64,000 nt of DNA from Octopus sinensis (Eukaryota), in NCBI RefSeq assembly GCF_006345805.1, contig NC_042999.1:72416001-72480000 (forward strand). Direction: 5' to 3'. This document shows positions 1 to 12,096 of this stretch, piece by piece. The position numbers were made by a program, and so were the translations under genes. Below the pieces are notes generated by a model. It did no database searches. It was not told the DNA's origin and was given only the letters and a program-made list of their open reading frames with translations. The first letter of the stretch is position 1. The number at the start of each line of letters is the position of its first letter.

Positions 1-691
1 ACAGCTGCGATGGTATGGTTCGAGGAATATTTTGGCTACTATTCTAGCAAAACAAACAGACACCATAGAAGCTTCCTGTGTTGGTTCGTCGATACCCTTT
101 CTATGGAAAACGATTCATCTCCTATTTACAACTTTATACATTTTGCTTGCTCCAAATTGCTACTATTATTAAATAAAATTATATGGACTTTACAACATCT
201 CATTTAACTCTTCCATAATCACGTCTTTCGAACCTCCTCGTATTCGTTTGACCAGCTAGATTGCTAGAAATAGCAATCATGAAGCATCAAACTACTTCCT
301 CCACATCGAATAATGCTGTCCGAGTTATGATTTTCCTGAAGATTTTCCAGCCATGACCATGCCTTCGTCTCATACCTATTTTCTATCAGGGTTGACCCTT
401 ATGAGAAAGCCTCTACTTTGTGACTCATTTTAGTCATAAGAACAGCCAAAACCTTCTCATATTATGCCCTATTACTGCTTAGAAAATGTTATCACATTGA
501 ATAATATAATTGTCTATGAACTGTTCCATGGAAGATGGGATGGTCACAGGTGCAATGCTTTCGTTTATAGGTCGAATCTATCGGGATTGACTTAGGGTTA
601 AACGTCAGCAACATGGCAGAGTCTACCAAGCTATCAACATCTGCTGCAAGATAAGGAGCATTTTACTATTATACACAGTAGTGGCACTATA

Positions 692-1031
692 GGGTAAAGA
701 CCCCTTTCGGTCATGAATGACCATGGGATTGCACCAAGAAAGTTACCCTCCGAGGCACAAGTCAAAGCAAGGTTGTTTATGGAAGACCAGCAGTCGCCCA
801 TGCATACCAGCCTCTCCTCTTCATGCCACCAGTGTTATCCAAGAGAAAGGCAAAGGCCGATGCAGCTTGGCGCCAATGACGTCGCAACTCATTTCTACAG
901 CTGAGTAAACTGGAGCAACGTGAAATAAATTGACTTGTTCAAGAACAAAACACACAGTCCGGTCCAAGAATCGAACTCACTATCTCATGATAGTGAGCCC
1001 GACGCTCTAACCACTGAGCCATGCGCCTTCA
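692..1031 (-). mobile_element. tRNA-derived SINE, family 3
   Basis: On the minus strand the head reads TGAAGGCGCATGGCTCAGTGGTTAGAGCGTCGGGC...GAGTTCGATTC, with Pol III A box TGGCTCAGTGG and B box GAGTTCGATTC. A closely similar second copy is at 29124-29451. Confidence 0.85.
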
Positions 1032-1554
1032 GGCATTATAAAAACTGCTACCTTTCAGTAGTGGGATCAACTCCTGCAAGTACCATTTAAAGAAAGAAGG
1101 GCCCCACTATTGCCTGTTTGTCATTTCTCAACCTGCTAGCAATTCAAATCTCCCTCAAATCATACCGTCTTAAATAAGAAAGGACGTATTGATCAAAGGA
1201 GTCTCAAATATAAAAAGAAATTCTAAAATACTCGACCAAAGCTTTGCTGAGTTATGATGAACTTGTGGACTACTAAAAACTACAATAGCCGTGTGACTCC
1301 TAGCTATAGGGAGTACTCTTTAACAAATTACATTTTTCCTTAGTTCTGTCAGAAATCCTTACTGAAGCTCAAAAAGCAATGGGTAAGATGGCTAATAACT
1401 CATTTCCCTCTTACTACACAGACACACACATACGCAAAGAAAGATATAACGACTTTCCCACAATGACATTATCTCATATAACTTTTCGCTCGCAAAATTG
1501 CTTATAATTAGGAAAATAATAGATAGATAGACAGACATGCATGTATACATACAA

Positions 1555-1595
<41 letters not shown>

Positions 1596-1729
1596 GAGTT
1601 TAGACTAGGTGGTTGAAAGAAGCTATGCGAAAAAAAATATGCCCGGTTCATATGCAACTGACCATATTCTGCCACGTGGAAACACCTGTAAATCGACATA
1701 ACCATAAAAATATGCTGTATAATATTATA

Positions 1730-1942
1730 CGAGGGGTGCTGAAAAGTTCTTGGCTTTAAGGGTGTCGCGAAAGGCCCGTTTGGAGACCCAACCTTCTGAG
1801 GTCTTTTACAGGACTTAGAAAAACTGAAGGGCTGCTGTAATAAGTGCGTTTATCTTAGTGGGAAATATGTTGAATAAAATCATTAACTGATCCTCCTGTA
1901 TTTTCTCTTACCCAAACCCAGGAACTTTTCAGCACCCTCTCG
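1730..1942 (+). mobile_element. mariner-derived MITE (~213 bp)
   Basis: TIRs CGAGGGGTGCTGAAAAGTTCTTGG (1730) and CCAGGAACTTTTCAGCACCCTCTCG (ends 1942). TA at 1728-1729; the right TSD reads CA. The interior keeps the mariner transposase 3' tail (AAGTGCGTTTATCTTAGTGGGAAATATGTTGAATAA, ~KCVxLxGxYVE*). Confidence 0.8.
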
Positions 1943-2998
1943 CATATATCATTTACTGCTGTGCTGCAAATATTAAGTACCAATCGTTCGTCTTTACGTT
2001 CTGAGTTCAAATTCCCCCGAGGTCGACTTTGCATTCATTTTTTTCAGTATTGATAAAATAGGTACCTGTTGAGCACTGGGGTCGTTATAATCGACTTACA
2101 CCCTGTTGGTCTTGTGCCAAAATTTGAAACCAATATTAAGTACCTATTACATTCATTTAAATTTTACACAAATACATTTCTACCATAATCTCACAAGATA
2201 GTTCTTTTCTCGCTATAAAAATTGCTGCTAATTTGTTTTTATAATTTAGATAATCAGCAATGATAATAATAAAGAATAACTTTTTAAATCAAAATTATAT
2301 ATACCGCCCACCCAACGAGTTATTGTTATATCTTTTTGTTTATTTTCTCATTCTTTCGGCAGCAATTAATTCACCATTTCTTTAAAGTAACCTAAATTCA
2401 AAGTAATATTTTGATGAGATGCAAATATGCTGGAAGTTAAATTCAAAATGAAAAGTGTAAGAATCTTTAAATTGGAAAACGATGACAACGCAAAATGGTA
2501 ATTAGAACTCAAATGATAAAATTTAGAACACTGTATTAATCACGAAAAATACCTCTTTCTCTTAATTTTCATATCTCCGGTAAATCTTCATGTATAAGAA
2601 ACCTAGAATAATTTTGAGATATTTTTAATGTTTTCATTCCATTTTGACATATGTTATTTCCTTGTTCGTTGTTATCACCTTATTATTTCACCAATTTACA
2701 TTCTTCACCAAATTTCCAAAGCTTTTCTTCAAGCACCAGAGCACATGACTTGAACTACCGTCTAATTTTATATGCGACCGAGCTGGTTTCAGTTACCAGT
2801 TGAATCTGTTTGACTTCAGTTACGCAGCTAATATCTTTACAAAAGGCTTGAATACGATCGAGATGAGAACCTTTGGGTCTTCGTCTTCTTCCAACCACTT
2901 AAGGAGTTCAATTCTCAATGAAACTTTTTTAAATTTTCCACACAAATATAGTTTTCAAGTTGATGATGAATATTGCGATCATCTTTCCGAAAAATTAA

Positions 2999-3335
2999 TA
3001 ATGAACCGGATAGAAACGTTTAAAATTATATATTTTTAGCCAATGAAATGAGTCCAGTGTCCTCACAAGGGAAGTCGAAACTGTTTGCTGCCATACTTGC
3101 CACAGCAACAAGCAAAATATCGTTGAAAATGAAGACAAAAAGGGATTCATGATAATTGAATAGCATTTTTATAAATAAAGATTTTAATGTAAGAATACAA
3201 AATAAACAAAAAGGGAGATTTATTTAAGATTTATATTTATATAATGAACAAGATAGAAGCGTTTAAAGTTATATACTTTTGTCCAATGAAACAAAACAAA
3301 CAAAAAGGGAGTCTTTTTAAGATTTATATACTATT
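2999..3335. repeat. short local duplications
   Basis: A ~50-bp block TAATGAAC..GATAGAA.CGTTTAAA.TTATATA.TTTT..CCAATGAAA occurs at ~2999 and ~3242. A ~40-bp block ACAAAA.AAACAAAAAGGGAG..T.TTTAAGATTTATAT occurs at ~3197 and ~3292. Confidence 0.6.
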
Positions 3336-3454
3336 AGAATAATAATATTATTGCCATAGTCACATGTCCTACTTTCGACCTGACGGTAGAAATAACAGCC
3401 GAGGTGAAAGAAAAAAGCATAAACAATTATGAAATTAAACAATGTAGCAGAATG

Positions 3455-4130
3455 TTATGAATTTAACACAGTTGAGCTACGCATATTTTTCAGACTTGAG
3501 TCGCCACATAAACTCACAGAGATACAAGTCCACCGCAGAACGATGAGTGCCAGATCGCTGTTAATTCCCTCGCTTAAGATAGACCCAAGTGCTTTCAACT
3601 CTTTGAGTATGGGTCCATCTTGCGAGGTTACAAACTCAGCGCTGTGGTCCACCGTTCTATGGTGAAATTGGTACCTTGGTATCTCAGGTGACAGTAGATA
3701 GCTGTTCCCAGCAGAATTGATTGGCGGGTGCAATCTTTGAGTGTGTTACGATGGCGAAAAGAAAAACTTCACGAACACACCGCCGAAAATCCACTGTTCG
3801 AGTAGCATTATTCGATCCCGATTGTACTTTCTTCGTCTATTCAGCAATTCTGCCGGGACCACCAATCTTCATTAGATTGCGAAGCAAATCGGCAACTCAG
3901 TTCTCCCTTAGATAATTTTTATAATCTGTTACTGCAGTCACACCAACCCCTAGATCAACCGTACAAAACCTAGTAGTTTTCAAATCTTTGACCTAGCAGT
4001 AGATAAATAAAATTAAACTTCTTAGTGGAAGGGTTCTCCCTTCCAGCCACGTGCTTCTTCTCACGAACACGGACTCTTCAGAATAAACAGCCGTAAAACG
4101 AAAATTCATGAAATAGAGTTACCATCGCAA
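3455..4130 (-). pseudogene. decayed Merlin (IS1595/ISXO2-like DDE) transposase
   Basis: Minus-strand translation across stops and frameshifts gives VRRSTWLEGRTLPLRSLILFIYC*, TAVTDYKNYLRE-VADLLRNLMKIGGPGRIAE(IDE), KYNRDRIMLLEQWIFGGV, YQFHHRTVDHSAEFV, HTQRVESTWVYLKR and GTHRSAVDLYLCEFMWR. These are the Merlin/ISXO2 motifs in the expected order. Confidence 0.85.
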
Positions 4131-7100
4131 CAAACGATTTCGACTTCTGCTGTGAGGATAGTGTTTTAAGATTTATTGACTTTAAATGCTTTTAATTTCT
4201 TTATTTTAAATTTCCCAAAATAATAAATGCAATATTAATAATCATCATCATCATGTAAAAATCAAAAGTATATTTTTATTAATTTTTCAGATTAAAATTT
4301 ATGGCTGGAAGAAAATGAAAGATTCGAACCTTTACATGATTGCTCAATTTGCGAGAAACATTAGCCAAATAGCCCTAAAATTACTCCGCGTCCTCTTTAA
4401 AAAATATAGTCTATCGGAAAGTGTGGTCCTACGCGTATTATGTCTGACTAAAAGACAAGATGTCATAGATAGGTCGTCTTTTATTACCAGTCTGCTAGGT
4501 CAAAGATGGCTTGCTGCTAATCAAAAACATCAATGCGAAGTTTCAATGACAACTTACCATCCTTTCTTTTGTTCCTGAAATATATTTATTAGTATTCCAA
4601 AAGAAACAAGCAGTTAATTTTGTCTACAAGAAGGTGACTGCGATAAAGAAGGACGATTCTAAGAAACTGAGTTTTCTATACAATTAGTCTTGGTTGTTTT
4701 TGCTTTTGTGAGCGACCAAGTGGTTTTCAGTTCAGTCACTGTACAGCACCTTGGGCATGTGTCTTCTGCTATAACTTAGGGTCGACTTTGTGAGTGAATT
4801 TGGTAGTGGGAAATTGTGGGGAAATTCACTGTGTGTGTGTCTGTCTTAGTATAGTGTCTGTCTCCTGCCACCTTTTGACGACCACTTCGCGTCCCCGTTA
4901 CTAAGCGGTTCGGCAGAAGAACTAGATAGAATAAGTACTAAACTTAATGTTAAGTCTTGTGGTCATTTGTTCAACTAGATCTTTCAAGGGTGTGGTTCAG
5001 TATGGCCGCAGTTCAATAACTGAAAAAAGCAAAAGAATGATAAAAGATAATCGCAGGGAGAAGGATATTTCTGAGTTTTTACAGAATCTTTGTGAATGGC
5101 AAGAAAACGGGAAGAAGTTATTCTCTGCCGAGAGACCTAGCTGCAATTTCCGCAACTGAGCGTACTTCGCTAAAGAACCCAAAGATCAGCTGGTGGAATT
5201 AAGCCAGACGATGAATTAAGTCAACAACTTACAACTCGCGAACAGGAACGGCTCCCTCCGATTAATTTCTACATTGCTTCCATCTATCAAGTTTCATTCC
5301 CAAGGCTTTGGTCGCTCAGAAGCTATGGTAGAAGACACTTGCCCAGGTTGCTGTATATTGGAGTCGAACCCGAAATTACGCGACTGCAAAGAAAAATTTA
5401 TAATGGACAACCAAGTGTGCATCATTCTCCATTACAGACATTTCGTTTTCTCCACAAAGCGCTTTAAGAAAGTAATTAACGTCACAATACTCCTTTTTAT
5501 CTTATTACTGAATTCTATGCAGCTTATGTCAGTGATAATGTATTTTTGTATCAGAAAAGGTCACCCAATTCATTCCTTTTATTTCAATAAATGCTTGGTA
5601 TGAATTATGTTTTTGCCACAGTCTAAGTAGCTACCCGTATTTAATACAGTGAGCATTAAAACAACTAATTACAAGTAATTATGCCGTGAAGAAAATCAAC
5701 ATTAATTTATGACTGATATTTTAATAATTCCCAGAAAACACAGGAGACAACTCGCGATATATTTTGGTATTATTAGACCTCCGCAGCGAAACATAGACTT
5801 CACCGCAGGTGTTGAATTACTGTCGGTAGACTGACTAGATAAATATGAAATGTAGTGTAGGAGTAGGTGTAAATTTAGCATGATTTACTGGATTTACCGA
5901 CAAATAATGTTTCTATTTTATTATCTTATTTCCATTTATTTCAGAGTAGCCTGAAAGCAAGTATTCAAAACCCATTTATTTAATTATTCGTCATTGATTT
6001 GCTTTGTCCAAACAGTCTTGTCTTTTAGCGAACCTATTTTAAAATTTTCATATCTTTCCTGGTGGTGTTAAGTGAATAAATTGAGCAAACTGACTTGAAC
6101 CGAGGATTTAAACTGTGCTACGTAAGAGTCAATGAGTATCTAGTATGAGTATCTAGTCGCTCAATCTACTATAAAGAGTAGCCAAAATTTCCCTCAAATA
6201 ATCTATTAGCGTTTTAGAGACGAATAAATCGGATAATGTTGTTTTCAGGATCTTCTGTACGGAAGAAAAGGGCAGGATGGCCATGGCTGAAATGTGTTTG
6301 ATCATAAATCCACTTTACTCAGTGGCAGCTTCTTGTGACTAAACATCAAGAACAATAAACTGTACAGTATCTGCCGCTGGCTTATTAATTAATATCCAAA
6401 AATTTGATTAATTCGATTGATGTTAATTTTACTTGAATCCTCCTCAACAGGCAAACCTGGCTGGGAAGCTAGTTTCATCACTGACAACCTGACCATGCAA
6501 CCGGTTGTTCTAATGGACTTCATGTTACCAATAGCACACGTGAACTTAAACTAACAATACAATAAAAAAGATGAAATGAGTCACGGCTCAAAAATTGTAT
6601 CTCGTTATAATTTAATAAAAAGTTGCTAAAGACCAGTCGGAATTATTTAAAACTGCAAATGGATTGCAAATAAAGTGAACAAGCCCCCTATTGGCAATAA
6701 AGAAATAAAATATTTAGCCACATGTAGCACAGATCTATATGGAACTCTAGAAAGACTGAACAAATTTCTTTGCAGCGTTTCTTCCGAGTTTTTTCGTTTT
6801 GAATTAAAATTCTCCGACGTCGACTTAACATTTCATCCTTTCGGGGATCAAAAAATATGTACCAGCTGAATACTTGGGTCGATGTAATTGACTTCTTTAT
6901 GTTCTAAATTTGCTGGTCTAGTGCTAAAATTTGAAACCATTATTCATTACTTTTTATTCTATAATTTTTCTCCCGGCAGTAGGGTGTCGTTTCAGGTTTA
7001 GCTGAAATTTCTACCATATCGAATGACCCATTAGAGCTCACTCGTTGATTTGTGATTATCCCGGTTGACTTCATAGTATGTGGAAATGACATTTTAAAAT

Positions 7101-7532
7101 ACCTTTAGGATTTCTTAGAATATTGTGGTGAAGAAAACGAAATAGCCACAAACATAATTCGAAACCCTGCTTCGCAATTTCATTGAATACAACGTATTTT
7201 CTGCACTCAGAATTAAATGATGAAATTAATTTTGAAATGAAATATTCTTTCAATTTCGTCTAAATATGAGTGTTTGACAGGTAAATATCTGAATTCAGGA
7301 TTTGTTTAAACAATTTTGTTTCGTTTCAGATTGATTGATTTAAACTTTTCATATTTTTTTCCTACGAGAAAGCAAATTGAACCGATACGCTTCAATTTGT
7401 ATGTATACAGAAAATTGTATATTAATTTTTCTGCGTACATAAATAAAGTCGCACTCACACACATACAAACATGTGTATGTGTGTGAATACGCTTTGTATG
7501 CGCTGGTGCTATTAAATTCTAAACATGCCCTC

Positions 7533-7577
<45 letters not shown>

Positions 7578-7844
7578 CAGAAAGAGAGTTAGAGTTCTAT
7601 TTTAATGTGGATTATAAGTTTTAAGAGCGCCATTCAAAACTTCACTTTCCTGGACTGTATCAACGTATCTTTCGAAAGTGAGCTTGCTAAAATCATCCTT
7701 ACATCAAATACCTGGAATCTTTGGAAACTAATCAATCTGTACTAACCTATGGTCACTTTATTAGGAGCACTGAATCATTAGTAAATGGTGTGCGTATGTG
7801 TGTGTGTGCGCGTGTGTTTACGTGCTTTAGATTTTTACAAAATA

Positions 7845-8440
7845 CCTTATTCTACGGCAGACAAGTCGAATTTTGCAGACGAAAATTTACAACTACAATA
7901 ATACAGCCATGGAGGATCAAAACTTCCATGTGAAATGCAGCAGGAGTGGAAAGATAGTGGTGATGTGTGAATGTTTGCACTTCATGTTTACACTACGTAC
8001 AACATGGATCTTTTCGGCTTGAAAGGCAGTTTTTTAAAATAATTTCCACGTAACTAAACATTTTTAAACTTCGTAGACTGGTAGAATGTGTTTATAAAAC
8101 ATCTTTTTCTCTTGGCTTTATTGAGAAAATTCTATAGTTTGTAAGATATTTGTTGTTTTTTTCTTCTGAAATTTCAACTAATCAATGACGTCTATTGAGG
8201 TGAAAACATTATGTGCCGTATGAATATGCCCCTCGTTTAAGAAACAGATTGGGTTTATTTACATTTGTGAAGAAAAAGAGATACTCTTCCCCCCACCCTA
8301 ACCCTAAAACAGATTGAAATGAAATAGATTGATACTAGGGTCATAATTATGGGTGACAATTTCAAATGACACCGCTAGAAAAAACTGCCGTTCAAACCGA
8401 AAAGATCCTACAACATCGACTTGTATGCCGGAAAATACTG
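7845..8440. mobile_element. Tc2/pogo-like MITE interrupted by a Merlin-type MITE
   Basis: Left end TA-CCTTATTCTACGGCAGACAAGTCGA (TA at 7843-7844). Right end TCGACTTGTATGCCGGAAAATACTG-TA (TA at 8441-8442). The same TIR family occurs at 19503-19709. Confidence 0.65.
8006..8408. mobile_element. Merlin-type MITE (403 bp) with perfect 8-bp TSD
   Basis: 30-bp TIRs GGATCTTTTCGGCTTGAAAGGCAGTTTTTT and AAAAAACTGCCGTTCAAACCGAAAAGATCC, with 2 mismatches. TSD TACAACAT at 7998-8005 and 8409-8416. GG termini plus an 8-bp TSD fit Merlin; hAT cannot be fully excluded. Confidence 0.85.
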
Positions 8441-8844
8441 TAGCCATGACTCTCTGTCTACACCCAAAACACTCAATCCTCAATTGCTCTCAGAGACTCT
8501 AGATAGGTTCTGGACCTGTAAGAGATAACAACATTACCTTCCTTAAATAACACTCGGCAGTTTTAGTGAAGAGAAGCACACAATAATTATATACATTATA
8601 AACCTGTCAAATTTTGGCTCAAAGCCAGCAATTTGGGATGGGGAGTAGCACTATAACATCGACCCCCAGGCTCAACTGGTATTTCTTTTATTGATCCCCG
8701 AAAGGATGAAAAGTAAAGTCAACCTCAGCAGAATTTGAACTCGGGATGTAAGGTCAGAAGAAATGCCGTCCTGCATTTTTCCCGGTGCAGTGTCGATTCT
8801 GCCAGTTTGCTGTCTTAATTATATGCAGTATAATAATAAGAAGA

Positions 8845-9326
8845 AGAAAACGAGAAAGCAACCATACTCTGGGATATGCCGATACACACAGATAGAGAAA
8901 TTAAGGCCAACAGACCAGATATAGTTGTCAGAGATCATGAAGAAAAAAAATGCTTTCTAATTGATGTATCAATACCGGCAGATGACAACGTGTCTCTAAA
9001 AGAAATGGAGAAACTTTCAAAATACAAAGACCTGGAAATAGAGGTAACTAGAATGTGGAATCTAAAAACAGAAACAGTTCCTATCATAATAGGTACATTA
9101 GGCATGATAAAAAAATATTCAGACAAATACATAACAAAAACACCAGGACTTACAAACACATATAACATACAGAAAATTGCACTACTAAGCACTGCACACA
9201 TCCTACGCAGAACACTTTCCATACAATAACCATCTGAGCATCACAACAAATCACAGCACATACCCAAGGCACACAGAGCTGCACTCGGTAGTGAAGTGAA
9301 AGCACGCTATAAAAATAAAACTACTG
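8845..9326 (+). mobile_element. 5'-truncated R4/Dong-type LINE, family A (RLE domain and 3' UTR)
   Basis: ORF 8876-9229 carries NRPDIVVRDHEEKKCFLIDVSIPADDNVSLKEMEKLSKYKDLE (PD..D..K restriction-like endonuclease). Nearly identical to the 3' ends of the copies at 41894 and 46310. Ends ACTACTG followed by (AAT)n, and is preceded by TAA/GAA repeats. Confidence 0.92.
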
Positions 9327-9544
9327 AATAATAATAATAATAATAATTTTGCCACAAGGGCATCAATTTTGGGGGAGGGGATGACTCGGTTACATCGACT
9401 CCAGCGCTCAACTGGTACTTATTTTATCCACCCCGAAAGGAAAAAGGCGAAATTTGAACTCTAAACGTAAAAACGGATGAAATGCCGCCTTACGAGTTAT
9501 ATACAGAAGAAGAAGAAGAAGAAGAAGAAGAAGAAAAATCGGCA

Positions 9545-9817
9545 AAAGAATTTGATAATCTCAGAAAATAGGGATCATAATGTCTCGGTAAAATAATTTG
9601 ATAAGCTCAGAAAATATAAAGATTTGCTGATTGAAATGGGAAAATGTGACATCTCAAGACGGTTACAATACCAGTGATTGTAGCAGTACTTGGAATGATA
9701 AAAAAGGGAACTGAAAATTATTTAAGGATGATCCCTGGCTTACCATCTATACAGGAAGTACAAAAGATTGTCTTAACTGGTACGTCACATGTACTGAGAA
9801 TAACATTGTTGCTGTGA
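9545..9817 (+). mobile_element. 3' fragment of R4/Dong-type LINE, family B
   Basis: Decayed KLRKYKDLLIE...TVTIPVIV..LGMIKKG...PGLPSIQEVQKIVLTGTSHVLR, directly after (GAA)n at 9506-9535. Same family as 45832-46066. Confidence 0.7.
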
Positions 9818-10070
9818 ATTTTCTTTCGTTTTCCCCTTTATTTTCTTTGCTTCCCTTTTTCATTTTTTCTTTTTTACCTTCTTTCTTCTGTCTTTCTTCC
9901 CTTCTATTTTTTATCACATGACTTTGTAAATCAACAATCTGGTGTGTTATTTTGATGGCTACCAACGTATACAGTGAGTTTCTTTGCTCTGAGTGTCGGG
10001 AAGATACTCGACAAGAAATAGAAACAAAATTGAAAGAAGATAATAATAATAATAATAATCCTTTCTATAA

Positions 10071-10258
10071 GGCCTGAAATTTGATGGAAAGGGACTAGTC
10101 AATTACTAGTGTTTTACTGGTACTTAATTTATCAACCCCTAAAGGATGAAAGACAAAATCAACTTCGGCGGAATTTGAACTCAGAACGGTAAAGACGGAC
10201 GAAATGTCGCTAAGCTCTTTGTCTGGCGTTCTAACGATTCTGCCAGCTCAACGTCTTT
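10071..10258 (-). mobile_element. SINE family 2 (minus copy of a head-to-head pair)
   Basis: Reverse complement of the GAGCTGGCAGAA.CGTTAG...GTTCTGAGTTCAAATTCCGCCGA...AAATTAAGTACCAG repeat. Other copies lie near 1985, 8615, 9345, 13088, 14395, 17510, 21470, 53505, 54453, 56388, 60895 and 61185. Confidence 0.75.
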
Positions 10259-10288
10259 AGTAATGATAATATTGAAGACTTTCGTAAG

Positions 10289-10500
10289 GTGTCGTGTTGG
10301 CGGAATCATTACATGCCGAGCAAAATGCTTAGTGGTATTTTGTCCGTTTTTACGTTCTGAGTTCAAATACCGCCGAAGCTTGCTTTTTATCCTTACGGAA
10401 TTGATAAAATAAGTACCAGTTGAACACTGGAGTCGATGCAATTGACTCATCCTCTTCCCTCGAAATTTCTGGCCTTGTGCCAAAATTTGAAATCAACATT
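10289..10500 (+). mobile_element. SINE family 2 (plus copy of a head-to-head pair)
   Basis: Contains GTTCTGAGTTCAAATACCGCCGA and GATAAAATAAGTACCAGTTGAACACTGGAGTCGAT, and ends in GGCCTTGTGCCAAAATTTGAAATCAA. Confidence 0.75.
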
Positions 10501-10761
10501 AAAGACTTCCTTTTAATTTTGGATCTAAAATGGTATTAGTTGTTTCTTTTGATAAATTACATTTAAGAAATGACGTAGATAAGTGATGTACGATATTCAA
10601 GCTTTTCTTAAAACCTTTATCAAGTATGAGTTATAGTTAAGAAGTTGACTTTGCAACTACGTGATTTGGGATTTAATCTCACTGCGCAGCACTTTGGGCA
10701 AATGTCTTCTAATAAAGCCTCTATCTGATTAATATTTTGTGAATGAATGTGATAGACGGAA

Positions 10762-10804
<43 letters not shown>

Positions 10805-11153
10805 TTGCACCACTTGACTTATGTTGGTTTGTTTATGTCCCGTAAGTTAATGTTTCGATAAAAGAAACTGCCGGAATAAGCATCAAACTTAAAAATAAGT
10901 GCATTTGCCCCACTAACCAGATGAAGCATTGCTGCAGCATGGCCGCAGACTAATGACTGAAACAAGTAAGAAAACAGAGTAACTAAATTGAAATGTCCTG
11001 AACTATGAATCGAAATTGGATAACGTATTTCTGTCCAATCAGAAGTGACCTTTTGCTCTACAATGTTTATATCGTTTTATTAAAGTAATGTATTCTTTTA
11101 AGCCTCTATCGTCAAACAGGAAACATTTATTATTATCCTATATTCTTTTCTAG

Positions 11154-11414
11154 GCTGACATGCGCTCTCAAGACCAACATTTAGCCCGTCAATTGCTTTG
11201 TATCCGACAAGACATTCAACAGATTAAACTAGATAAAAGTTGTGAGGTGCACCAAGATATGTTAGCTGACGTTGAATTGGAAATGGAGGAGCTAGAAGAA
11301 CTGGCTGAGATCTGCGACCAGCTGCCTCCAGATCCTGGACTCCTCGACAATCCCTTACGCCATATTGGAGTCACTAGGATGAACATAAGTAGAAGGCGCT
11401 TTTCAACATGTTGA
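11154..11414 (+). CDS. FAM167A: last coding exon of a FAM167-family protein
   Basis: Acceptor TATTCTTTTCTAG with AG at 11152-11153, phase 0. Translation ADMRSQDQHLARQLLCIRQDIQQIKLDKSCEVHQDML...NPLRHIGVTRMNISRRRFSTC* matches the FAM167 C-terminal domain as I recall it (EMRLQDQQLARQLMRLR...[20 protein letters not shown]). The upstream exon, expected to end in W.R.EL, was not found in the window. A versus B paralogue assignment is not meaningful here. Confidence 0.9.
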   Translation, partial: ADMRSQDQHLARQLLCIRQDIQQIKLDKSCEVHQDMLADVELEMEELEELAEICDQLPPDPGLLDNPLRHIGVTRMNISRRRFSTC

Positions 11415-11758
11415 TGATGTGGAAGAATTTCTCGTATGTGCTGTACTAGTGAAACTTTTTTATATCATAATCAATAATATCTTTTCAATAGTATGAGACA
11501 TAAGCATTTTCAACTCAACCGTTATTCATATACATACTCTCATCTTTCTTTTTCTGTTTCTCTTCCTCTTCTTTGTTAATTCTGGTTCTTCATATTTTTA
11601 TTTCTTTATAAGCGTGAGGGACTAAGATCACAAAACCTATGCAAGGAAAATTGACTTTGCGTGTTTCTGCATATATATGTGCCTCTCCGTGCATGTGCTT
11701 AAGCTCGTAGTAAGCAAAACATACGGTTATCTGTCACGACTCATTTTTATCTGATGAA

Positions 11759-11768
11759 ATAAATAAAT
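11759..11768 (+). promoter_or_regulatory. candidate polyadenylation signal for the FAM167-like gene
   Basis: Overlapping AATAAATAAA about 350 nt after the stop, followed by T-rich sequence. AATAAA is frequent by chance in AT-rich DNA. Confidence 0.35.
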
Positions 11769-12096
11769 TTTTTGATATTTCTACTTTTAGTTCGGCATAT
11801 TTAGAGAAATTTATTACTTATTTCACTGCAATGTTTGAAGGAATTTCAATACCTGTTAAGAGCTATTCTCTTTTTATGACATGGATAAACTTCAATTATT
11901 GTCTGTTTGGATATCACAATCTCTTAAAATTCTGGAAAATTCTGGAGGGTTGTCGTTTTGTGAAGAAAGAAATGAGTGAAGTGGTTAACCGGGTAAATGA
12001 GAAAGATATATATATAATAGGTCATGAGAAAAAAAGGTTTTAAAACCAGACGAGCAAGCAACAACATGCTTGCTCGATCTTCTGATAACAGTCACC

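Noticed and set aside
692-1031. tRNA genes at the SINE heads
   Set aside because: A and B boxes are present, but each continues into a SINE body and lacks a complete cloverleaf or a Pol III terminator.
2640-2960. Coding-like minus-strand stretch (LLKWLEEDEDPKVLI...)
   Set aside because: It contains multiple stops and no recognisable family.
3429-3915. Plus-strand ORFs at 3429 and 3721 as a possible first FAM167 exon
   Set aside because: They have no RRPSY..W or W.R.EL motif and no suitable donor site. The region is explained by the antisense Merlin transposase.
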